Shown here: piece by piece, positions 20,964 through 28,236 of the stretch
Numbering within the stretch: the stretch's first letter is position 1
Layout: each line of letters begins with the position of its first letter
Source of the DNA: a virus
Taxonomy: Duplodnaviria; Caudoviricetes
IMG/VR virus record: IMGVR_UViG_3300005805_000219
Span: 1-37,118 of that record
Reading direction: 5' to 3' (one strand)
Length of the DNA stretch: 37,118 nt
Translations under genes and position numbers: made by a program
The notes under the pieces: model-generated
What the model saw: the letters and a program-made list of their open reading frames with translations, nothing else
Told to the model about the DNA's origin: nothing
Databases searched by the model: none

Positions 20964-21391
20964 TCTATATGCTCACAAGCAATAGGAGTACAAAGAACAG
21001 CTGCATCATCAAAAGCTCGTCCACAAGTTTTACACTTGCCTTCAACTCCATCGTAACCAGCTAATTGACGTTTTGCATTTTTCTCTGCTTTTGCAAAATA
21101 AACATCTAAGATTTCTTGTTCATTGACATTTGTTACAAGAATTAAATTGCACCAAAAGTGAAGTACATCAATCATTTCTCCAATAAATGCCAACCGATTT
21201 ATATGTCTACTAGTAGCCCATGGCTTCCAACCAGTTTCATTCAAAGCCTCATGCAATTCGTCTGTCAATGCTAATGACATGTCACGGATATACTGAGCTC
21301 TTTCTTCGTCATTCAGAGTGGTAACGTCCACTCCATATGACTTAAGTTGTAGTTTTCTTTGATTGTCCAAAATCATTTGTAAAGCACTCAC
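20960..21391 (-). CDS. All-alpha dimeric dUTPase/dCTPase (T4 gp56-like)
   Basis: DELHEAL...WKPW...EMIDVLHF...YFAKAEKNAKRQ..GY. Confidence 0.85.
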   Translation of the reverse strand: MSALQMILDNQRKLQLKSYGVDVTTLNDEERAQYIRDMSLALTDELHEALNETGWKPWATSRHINRLAFIGEMIDVLHFWCNLILVTNVNEQEILDVYFAKAEKNAKRQLAGYDGVEGKCKTCGRAFDDAAVLCTPIACEHIE

Positions 21392-21813
21392 GGTTTTACC
21401 TCCTGTTTTAGTGAAATATTAAATGTTCTTGCTAATTCAGCAATGGCACCGAGATCGTAAACCGTTCCATCTATCAGATCAGAATACATAACGGAAGTAA
21501 TTCCATAACTAGCAATTACTTTTATACATTCAGAACATGGATGATGCGTACAATACATATAGCCATTTTTTGTTTGATCTGGAGTGCAATAACGCAATGC
21601 GTTCACCTCTGCGTGTATTACAAAACCACGCCTAGCGTCCCTATCTTCCCACGGAATCGTGACGCCAGGCGCAGCCCCATTGTAGCCGATGCTTATTATG
21701 CTTCTATCCCCGCGTAGAACACATGCACCAACTTTTAGATATGGATCTTCACTGCGATAGGAGGCTGCTCTCGCAATCTCCAATCCATATTTGTCCCAAG
21801 ACATTCGAGTCAT
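21388..21813 (-). CDS. dCMP deaminase
   Basis: KVGAC, GYNG, HAEVNAL and PCSEC zinc motifs. Confidence 0.92.
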   Translation of the reverse strand: MTRMSWDKYGLEIARAASYRSEDPYLKVGACVLRGDRSIISIGYNGAAPGVTIPWEDRDARRGFVIHAEVNALRYCTPDQTKNGYMYCTHHPCSECIKVIASYGITSVMYSDLIDGTVYDLGAIAELARTFNISLKQEVKP

Positions 21814-22361
21814 GACTCAACAACCGCCAGGTGTTTGATGATAAGAGCAATCTCATCATCAGTCAAGTCACTACTCGAACTTATTTCACGACTTACTAGG
21901 CCGCGTACTGCCGCTAGAATAGCATCCTTCTCCGTGATGCCTTTTATTCCTAGCAACTCTACTATTTGCTTCAAACCAGGATTTGCACGTTTCATCATAA
22001 CTTTATCTGGTTTGTTGCGTTCAATTGCAAGTTCGACTTCCTCTTTGGTTGCAATTGCTTTATCGATACCAATACCTAAAGCACCAATAGCTCGACCCCA
22101 ACAACTGGTTTCAAGATTTTGTATTTCACTTCCTCTAGTAAAGTTGGTTTTTCCTGGTAAATATTCCTGAGCTGTGCCTATACCAGGCTTTTCATCATTA
22201 GGATGACGATAAGCGTATGCTCGTCCAATTACAATTATCTGATCTCCAACAGTCTGGAATTGCAGATCTGGATCCATTTGCAACGAACCTTCTGGATACT
22301 TCTCATAAAACAATTTAATTCTATGAGGTACATCTACATAATTTTCAAGACGCTTGTCCAT
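21810..22361 (-). CDS. Putative single-strand annealing/recombination protein
   Basis: YVDV..RI, NLETSCWGRAIGALGIG. Directly downstream of the exonuclease. Confidence 0.55.
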   Translation of the reverse strand: MDKRLENYVDVPHRIKLFYEKYPEGSLQMDPDLQFQTVGDQIIVIGRAYAYRHPNDEKPGIGTAQEYLPGKTNFTRGSEIQNLETSCWGRAIGALGIGIDKAIATKEEVELAIERNKPDKVMMKRANPGLKQIVELLGIKGITEKDAILAAVRGLVSREISSSSDLTDDEIALIIKHLAVVES

Positions 22362-23112
22362 TTAATCCCCCTATTTGTGTCAATAAACTTTCAATGTGTT
22401 CTAATCTGTTTGCCAAATCGATGACAGTTAAAAATGAATCCCATGCTAAGTCTGCATCTGTCACTTCATGAAATGTTGTGCCATTTTCAGATACATGAAC
22501 GATTCCTAGTCCATCAAGAGTTGGCAAAGATCTTTCAATGCCTTCTTCATCAAGATAAAAATCTGCATTGGCATATGCCGCAATCTGCATTGCCATTTCA
22601 CCGTAAACTCCTGCGCTGGTTTTCCAATCGCAGAGATATGTCTTGCCAGCTAATGGACCATTGCCAAACTTAAGAATTGCATCAAAAGTACCAGCATAAC
22701 CGTGAACTCTGTTTGCTACAACTTTCTCAGTCAATACAGGAATTACTTCCCATTGATCTAACCATTCTACATAGCCATTGACATATTCAGCAAACTCTCC
22801 AGCGACTTCTGCTTCTCCACCATGAATGATAGTTTCAGCAATAGAATGGATCTCTGTTCCTCGTGCTCCAGCTTTGTCTCTTTGATTCCAAGGAATCATT
22901 TTTAAGAACTTGACAGCTTCTTCACGTTCACGGTTAATTAGATTAGGAAGGTTTGCAAAATTGTCATAGACATATTCTGCGACCAATTTTGCACTCCAAT
23001 ATGGAAGTGCAGGTTTCGGCATACCAGATCCAATAAGAGTGGTAACACCTTTGACAGGTTGGCCATCAAGAACATACTTATGACCACGCTTTGTTTCAAT
23101 GCGTTCTAGTCC
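22345..23112 (-). CDS. PD-(D/E)xK exonuclease (RecB/Cas4/YqaJ-like)
   Basis: RGTEIH, YAGTFD, DWKTS, QIAAY motifs. Confidence 0.88.
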   Translation of the reverse strand, partial: GLERIETKRGHKYVLDGQPVKGVTTLIGSGMPKPALPYWSAKLVAEYVYDNFANLPNLINREREEAVKFLKMIPWNQRDKAGARGTEIHSIAETIIHGGEAEVAGEFAEYVNGYVEWLDQWEVIPVLTEKVVANRVHGYAGTFDAILKFGNGPLAGKTYLCDWKTSAGVYGEMAMQIAAYANADFYLDEEGIERSLPTLDGLGIVHVSENGTTFHEVTDADLAWDSFLTVIDLANRLEHIESLLTQIGGLNGQAS

Positions 23113-23441
23113 CATGAGCTCTTCAAAGTTCTCTTGGTAAAGAAGTTAGCAAGTCCTTTTTCGTTTGCCTCAATTAGTCTTGAGTATCGACTTGCATAAT
23201 TATTAGAAATAGCAAATTGCTCCCCCGAAGACCTAATTCCAATTTCCCATCGTAGTTTGTTGATTAACAAATCGATGGAACAAATATCGTGACCTGCTGA
23301 TTTCCATTGATAAGCAAGATCAACTAGTTGACGATAGATGTGTGGATTTTCATGATGAAACTTGTTGAACTGTTCATCAATCGGATCTGCCAATAAAGAT
23401 AATTGCTTTGGTTCAAACCATTCCCTGGCGGTTTCTGACAT
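23106..23441 (-). CDS. Hypothetical protein
   Basis: 111 aa, FHHENP...LRWE...NNYASRYSR. Confidence 0.7.
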   Translation of the reverse strand: MSETAREWFEPKQLSLLADPIDEQFNKFHHENPHIYRQLVDLAYQWKSAGHDICSIDLLINKLRWEIGIRSSGEQFAISNNYASRYSRLIEANEKGLANFFTKRTLKSSWD

Positions 23442-23442
23442 T

Positions 23443-23883
23443 TTATGCCTTTCGTGTTAGTTGTTTTGGTACTAGTTCATTGCATTTAGAGTTGACTGCC
23501 CAATGTGTCCAACCGGACCAATGGTATTTTGCATTCAACACTGCTACAAATCCTACATCTTGGTAGATAGGTTCCCATTGATCTATGGACTTTGATTGCA
23601 GGTGCTTCACCAGCTTCTTAGTCTTAGACTTCGGCATTCCAAAATCTACTAATCTGTTTGCAACCATAAAAGATAAACCATGTCTCCATTGCTTATCTAA
23701 GAATTGCCATCGTCCTCTTGCGGAAGACTGATCTCCTACTGCTTTGTAGTTACCTCTAGATTCATGATGGCTTACACATTTTGCGTAAGCAACCTGATCT
23801 TTAGGAACTCTTGCTGCTGCTGTTTTATAGTCCACCGCATTGGCATTTGGTGACACTAATAAAAAGGCTACAGCGATTGCCAT
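23443..23883 (-). CDS. Secreted lytic transglycosylase (Rpf/lysozyme-like)
   Basis: Signal-peptide-like N-terminus and CVSHHESRGNYKAV...SARGRWQF catalytic Glu motif. Confidence 0.75.
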   Translation of the reverse strand: MAIAVAFLLVSPNANAVDYKTAAARVPKDQVAYAKCVSHHESRGNYKAVGDQSSARGRWQFLDKQWRHGLSFMVANRLVDFGMPKSKTKKLVKHLQSKSIDQWEPIYQDVGFVAVLNAKYHWSGWTHWAVNSKCNELVPKQLTRKA

Positions 23884-23967
23884 GACCTTCAGACATCGTT
23901 CCTCTGACGGCGGACAGATACAGCATAAATAAACACAAACATAGTTGCCTCCTAGTCGTTGTGTTAG

Positions 23968-24150
23968 TTAGCTTTTGGTTCCATTCATCAATGCATCTAA
24001 TGCATCTTGATAAACGTAACGTAAGTTCGAAGGTGTTTTATAACCTTCGACTTTTCCAAGATCAACCCAACGTCGTACTGTTCGTGAGTTGCGTCCAATG
24101 AGCTTTGCAGCTTGCCCCGTTGTTAGGGACTTTCTATTTTCATTTGTCAT
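23968..24150 (-). CDS. MerR/excisionase-like HTH DNA-binding protein
   Basis: LTTGQAAKLIGRNSRTVRRWVDLG..GYKTPSNLRY. Confidence 0.85.
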   Translation of the reverse strand: MTNENRKSLTTGQAAKLIGRNSRTVRRWVDLGKVEGYKTPSNLRYVYQDALDALMNGTKS

Positions 24151-24253
24151 GTGCACATCCTAAACTGTCCGTAGTGACCATTCGACCATTGCCGCATGGT
24201 GTTTTATCAGCGGACATAAACATAAAAATAAATTATGTTGTACAATCCGCATG

Positions 24254-24291
24254 CGATTAACCGGTTTACCTGGCGGTTCTCCGGTTAATCG
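24254..24291. promoter_or_regulatory. Perfect 11-bp hairpin with AACCGCCAGG (minus strand) in its loop
   Basis: CGATTAACCGG / CCGGTTAATCG arms around the 16-nt loop TTTACCTGGCGGTTCT. Confidence 0.7.
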
Positions 24292-24431
24292 TCTAACATA
24301 CATTTAACCATAGTTCCCCAACAATAACCATCTTCTGTCCACCAAAGATTCATGGACACTTGCCAAATTGCAAACAAACCAATCAAGATAAATACAGCAC
24401 GAACTCGTTTACCGCGTTTAGTTAGTTTCAT
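24285..24431 (-). CDS. Small membrane protein
   Basis: MKLTKRGKRVRAVFILIGLFAIW. AAGGAG RBS before ATG 24431. Confidence 0.7.
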   Translation of the reverse strand: MKLTKRGKRVRAVFILIGLFAIWQVSMNLWWTEDGYCWGTMVKCMLDD

Positions 24432-24523
24432 TATTAGTCTCCTTAGTTTGTTGACAAGAACAGACTTCCACATCGTACTCCTCCTTGTAGGAATGATAAA
24501 TGTATCCACGTCCATAACATAGA

Positions 24524-24682
24524 TTACAAGTCATTGGAATCCTCCAGATCTAAAGCAATTTCCGAATTGATACAAGTCTGCACACTGCAAACCCAACGTT
24601 GTAATCCACCGTAAACTCTACTGGAAATGGTCACATCAGAACCACATGCTGCACATTTTAGTTTGCCAGATCTAGTTGTCAT
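24524..24682 (-). CDS. Small zinc-ribbon protein
   Basis: CAAC...CSVQTC. Start overlaps the upstream stop. Confidence 0.6.
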   Translation of the reverse strand: MTTRSGKLKCAACGSDVTISSRVYGGLQRWVCSVQTCINSEIALDLEDSNDL

Positions 24683-25104
24683 GGCATTCTCCAATATCCA
24701 TAGACGCATCTAGTACCGTCTCTTGACGGATCATGAGTGTCATGAATGACTCCATCTACAATAGCGACAATATGCTTTGAGACACTAGCAATAATTTTGC
24801 CACTAGGTAATTCAGATTCTCGTAAATGGACTTTACAACCAGAACCAATAGCCATAGTAGGAGTCCATTCAAATCCTAAATCTTTCATGATTTTTCTAAC
24901 TGTGGCATTGCGGACTCCGGTTCTAGAATTAGACTTTTTCTGTTTACTAGATTTCCGTTCTTGACTGCCATAAGTATTGACCAGATCATAAACTTCCTGA
25001 TATGGCTTATTAGTCACTATCGCTATTGCTCTAGTAACGCAATCTGAAGTAGATCCGCGGTAACCCGCAATTGATCTACCACCATCATTATATTCGTACT
25101 TCAT
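24679..25104 (-). CDS. Hypothetical protein with papain-like Cys-His-Asp triad
   Basis: SDCVTRAIAI...KHIVAIVDG..HDTHD. Start preceded by AACCGCCAGGAGG. Confidence 0.65.
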   Translation of the reverse strand: MKYEYNDGGRSIAGYRGSTSDCVTRAIAIVTNKPYQEVYDLVNTYGSQERKSSKQKKSNSRTGVRNATVRKIMKDLGFEWTPTMAIGSGCKVHLRESELPSGKIIASVSKHIVAIVDGVIHDTHDPSRDGTRCVYGYWRMP

Positions 25105-25130
25105 TTTTCCTCCTGGCGGTTAGTGTTACT

Positions 25131-25146
25131 GGACCATTATACACTG
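25131..25146 (-). promoter_or_regulatory. Promoter-like repeat CAGTGTATAATGGTCC
   Basis: Contains TATAAT. A 15/16 identical copy lies at 25717-25732, and both sit upstream of AACCGCCAGGAGG starts. Confidence 0.6.
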
Positions 25147-25289
25147 CGGACTTTTTGAGTCGTAAGTTTATCGTGCAATTCAGCACAATTTGTGCATATA
25201 CTTGCAATGAAACGCTGACCGTTGTCATATTGATACCAACGATTTTGCGTACTGTTGGTTTCCCAACCACACATCTGACAAATCTTCAT
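25137..25289 (-). CDS. Small zinc-ribbon protein, 50 aa (not in ORF track)
   Basis: MKICQMCG...ICTNC. ATGA overlap with the upstream gene. Confidence 0.65.
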   Translation of the reverse strand: MKICQMCGWETNSTQNRWYQYDNGQRFIASICTNCAELHDKLTTQKVRSV

Positions 25290-25462
25290 GATTCAGATCC
25301 TCTCATTAGTCTGCCCCATACCGCAAGCATTTCGATTTCTGATTCGAAACGTCCATCAGCTTTTGCACGGTCAATGATGTCATTGACGCTAGATAGTTCA
25401 GGATAATCTGAACGAAGTTTTGCAGCAAACTGAGTTGCCCATTCTTTTGTTAAGTGAGTCAT
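25286..25462 (-). CDS. Small hypothetical protein, 58 aa (not in ORF track)
   Basis: MTHLTKEWATQFAAKLRSDYPELSS... TAATG coupling and AAGGAG RBS. Confidence 0.7.
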   Translation of the reverse strand: MTHLTKEWATQFAAKLRSDYPELSSVNDIIDRAKADGRFESEIEMLAVWGRLMRGSES

Positions 25463-25677
25463 TACTTCATCTCCTTTGATGTTGCAATAGCAATTTCCAT
25501 CAAAAGATCATCAGCAAATTGTTTTTCTTCTTTTGTCCATGTTAAGTAGTACTCGTTATATTCATCTGCAGTAACACTTAGATCTGCATAACCAAGTACT
25601 TTCTTTTGTACTTCGAATTTACGTGGCAATCCACAAGAATAGTTCCAGCGGATTTGCTCTTTTGACATTGTGTTCAC
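25462..25677 (-). CDS. Hypothetical early protein
   Basis: GTG start preceded by AACCGCCAGGAGGCAAAA. Confidence 0.7.
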   Translation of the reverse strand: MNTMSKEQIRWNYSCGLPRKFEVQKKVLGYADLSVTADEYNEYYLTWTKEEKQFADDLLMEIAIATSKEMK

Positions 25678-26062
25678 TTTTGCCTCCTGGCGGTTTAGGT
25701 AAGCGGTTGCTTACAAGGACCAATATACACTGAATGTGGACAAATATCCACCATTTGTAGAAATGTTTCTAAAAGATCTTATTTACTAGAACATCTGTTC
25801 TGGCCGGTGGCACATAAGTTAACCAGAGCCACCAGGATCCACCAGGACGCGGGTCCATTTGTGGTGAGTATAAATATACTCGGATCGATATGTCCGTGGT
25901 CCTGGGACAAACCTGGCCGCTCGATCTGGACTAAACGGACTCCAAAAGGTTCCAAAAGGTTCCCATAAGATCTTATTCAATAGAGTGTACAAATACCGGT
26001 GGACAGTATTGAATGTACCTATGAGCAACCAACCGGTTGCCATAAACCGCCAGGAGAAAAAA
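25678..26062. promoter_or_regulatory. Divergent early control region (possible origin)
   Basis: Largest non-coding gap and the point where gene strands diverge. Contains AAGATCTTATT x2, TCCAAAAGGT x2, two AACC-loop hairpins and two AACCGCCAGGAG motifs. Confidence 0.75.
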
Positions 26063-26269
26063 ATGACTACAAACATCAAGAAAGTAAGTTGCTTAGTTTG
26101 TGATTGGTCAAGTGAATCACAAAATGATATTGAAAGCGCAAATCAATATGGTGAATGCTTAAATGTTTGCGATGGAACAGCAACATTACTTCGTTGGGAT
26201 TACACAGACGGTAATATTAGAATTAGTAATACATCAAATGGTGATTATGTTGATTTAGTCACAGAATAA
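26063..26269 (+). CDS. Small Cys-containing protein, 68 aa
   Basis: MTTNIKKVSCLVC...CLNVC. ATG preceded by AACCGCCAGGAGAAAAAA. Confidence 0.7.
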   Translation: MTTNIKKVSCLVCDWSSESQNDIESANQYGECLNVCDGTATLLRWDYTDGNIRISNTSNGDYVDLVTE

Positions 26270-26324
26270 GGACGAAACACTCCGCAAGGAGTGTCCAGTG
26301 TTAAATGACACTGCTGATGAGTCC
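26270..26324 (+). ncRNA. Type II hammerhead ribozyme
   Basis: GGAC-GAAA-CACTCC(GCAA)GGAGTG-TC-CAGTGTT(AAAT)GACACTG-CTGATGA-GTCC. All core nucleotides and three stems are present, with a GUC cleavage triplet at 26293-26295. Confidence 0.93.
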
Positions 26325-26351
26325 ATCAGAATAAATCGCCAGGAGGAAAAA

Positions 26352-27320
26352 ATGTCAGTACAAATCCAAAACGCAGCACGTCGCAAGGCTCCATGGATCA
26401 GTACAGCAACATGGGTAAATACAAGTGACGAGCAAATCTCTGCAGCTCAAGTTCTTGAGAATGCAAATCTTGATTGGGAAGTTCAACACACTCCACTTTC
26501 AACTACAGCAATTAACAATGACGGCGTGACAGTCGTCAAACTTCAAGACAAAGTTGCTACAACTCGTGTCAATAAGGACGGATCAGCTTCTGTTCTTGGT
26601 ATCACTTCTCCTACATATACAATTGTCCAGAATAACGACATCGTCAACATTGTGGACTCTGTTATGTACGAAGCCGGTGCAATTTACCAGTCAGCTGGTG
26701 AACTACGCGGTGGAAAAAAGATCTTTATGGCTGCAAAGCTTCCAGACACATTAGATCTTACTCTTAAGAATATCGATCCAATCGAATCATTCTTAGTTGC
26801 TTCAAATACTCACGATGGAACAGATTCACTTCGCTTTGAAATCAAGTATCTTCGCTTGATCTGCACAAACGGAATGACTCGTTGGACGAATGCTTCATCT
26901 ATTGCTTTCCGTCATTCAGCTCGTATGAGTGTCAAGATCGAAGATGTTCGTGAGACTCTAGGAGTTGTTCTTAAGTCAAATCAAGAGTTCAACCTTCTAT
27001 CTTCTGCTCTTCTTGAGAAGAAAGTTGCTAATTCTGACTTCTGGTCAATCGTCAAGGACGTTCTTCCACTAGATGAGAACAACATGACTGAGCGTCAACA
27101 GAATAATGTTCGTGAACGTCAGCAGACTCTTCTAGGTATCTGGAACGGACCAACTCAAGAAAACATCAAAGGAACTGCATGGGGAATTGTCAATGCATTC
27201 ACAGAGTACGAACAATGGACTCGTACAACTCGTTCAGCCAATGATTTTGCAGCTGGTGAGCGATTCATGATGAATCAAGGAACATCTCTCTCAGATCGAG
27301 TCTTGGAGATGGTTCGCTAA
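26352..27320 (+). CDS. DUF932/DUF945-family phage/plasmid protein
   Basis: ANLDWEV, YTIVQN, SAGELRGGKKIF, NTHDG, RLICTNG, GTAWGIVNAFTEY motifs. Confidence 0.85.
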   Translation: MSVQIQNAARRKAPWISTATWVNTSDEQISAAQVLENANLDWEVQHTPLSTTAINNDGVTVVKLQDKVATTRVNKDGSASVLGITSPTYTIVQNNDIVNIVDSVMYEAGAIYQSAGELRGGKKIFMAAKLPDTLDLTLKNIDPIESFLVASNTHDGTDSLRFEIKYLRLICTNGMTRWTNASSIAFRHSARMSVKIEDVRETLGVVLKSNQEFNLLSSALLEKKVANSDFWSIVKDVLPLDENNMTERQQNNVRERQQTLLGIWNGPTQENIKGTAWGIVNAFTEYEQWTRTTRSANDFAAGERFMMNQGTSLSDRVLEMVR

Positions 27321-27323
27321 GAC

Positions 27324-27366
27324 AAAAAGAAAAGAGCCCCTGCCGAAAGGCAGGGGCTTCTTTTTT
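27324..27366. terminator. Bidirectional rho-independent terminator
   Basis: AGCCCCTGCC-GAAA-GGCAGGGGCT stem with A-rich 5' and T-rich 3' flanks between convergent genes. Confidence 0.92.
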
Positions 27367-27373
27367 GCTTCTT

Positions 27374-27970
27374 TTAATCTAGAAATGCAATGTGATTTTT
27401 TCCAGCTTTTGTCTGTAAGGCTATTTGGACTTGACCACCACTATTGATATCGAATCGGATTGCTGTTTTAACCGCTTGTTCTAAGATCTCGATTGCTTCT
27501 TCATATTCATCTGCTTCATCAATTCCTAGCGCATGAGCAGCTCCAAGAGCAAGTTTGGCGCCTGTTCCTGTGGTGTAAACCTTGTCTTTTGTCTTCTCTA
27601 ATCCATAAACTTCATCGATAAAGTACAAAGTTCCATTGACGGCAACTATGAAATCATTCTCAAACGATGATGGATAGCCTTCAGACTTAATGTCATAACC
27701 TGAGATTCCAAAGGTTTTACGTAGATTTGGCACAAACTGAGTTACCATAAATCTATCTAGATTTTTAGATCTTGGAGGCGCCGGTGGATTAAAAGCATGT
27801 TGGATCAGATTCATGCCTCGGACTAAACCTGCAGCAGAAACTAAGTATTTGCCATTTTCAGCAATTTTGCCCATAGGAGAACAATCAGCTCTCATGTCAT
27901 AACCAGTTGTTTGCGTATCTGCAGCAATGATGCAATAGTCATCATGTTGGTATGCAATGAGTGTTGTCAT
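27374..27970 (-). CDS. Ntn-hydrolase, proteasome beta/HslV-like peptidase
   Basis: M-TTLIA N-terminal Thr, IAADTQ, K at ~33, GTGAKLALGA, DINSGG. Confidence 0.8.
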   Translation of the reverse strand: MTTLIAYQHDDYCIIAADTQTTGYDMRADCSPMGKIAENGKYLVSAAGLVRGMNLIQHAFNPPAPPRSKNLDRFMVTQFVPNLRKTFGISGYDIKSEGYPSSFENDFIVAVNGTLYFIDEVYGLEKTKDKVYTTGTGAKLALGAAHALGIDEADEYEEAIEILEQAVKTAIRFDINSGGQVQIALQTKAGKNHIAFLD

Positions 27971-28236
27971 TATTCCTCCGTAGCCAGTTCTCCGCCAATA
28001 GCCATATAAGCTGCACCATCTACCCAACCATCTAATTTCTCAGGTGATTGGACTAATCGAGCAACTTTGACTTGATTCATACATAATGCAACTTGCCAAG
28101 GTTCTACGGTAATGCCTAAAACTACACTCCAAAGCTTTGCAATGCGGTCATGGTTCTCTTGTGGAGTTCCATAATCTGCTTGCCTATCGTTATAAATTAA
28201 ATGTGTTGCTTCATCTAAGATCTCTTTGCGATTCAT
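27970..28236 (-). CDS. DUF6378-like protein
   Basis: DRQADYGTPQENHDRIAKLWS...VKVAR...DGWVDGAAY. Confidence 0.75.
   Translation of the reverse strand: MNRKEILDEATHLIYNDRQADYGTPQENHDRIAKLWSVVLGITVEPWQVALCMNQVKVARLVQSPEKLDGWVDGAAYMAIGGELATEE

Noticed and set aside
23968-24150. Excisionase implying a temperate lifestyle
   Set aside because: No integrase, att site, repressor or partition genes were recognised, so it is treated as a generic HTH regulator.
25819-26079. 86-aa minus-strand ORF in the control region
   Set aside because: Overlaps regulatory repeats and the true plus-strand start, and has no RBS or protein-like features.
26298-26351. N-terminal extension of the DUF932 ORF from GTG 26298
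   Set aside because: Runs through the hammerhead. ATG 26352 has the strong AGGAGG motif.
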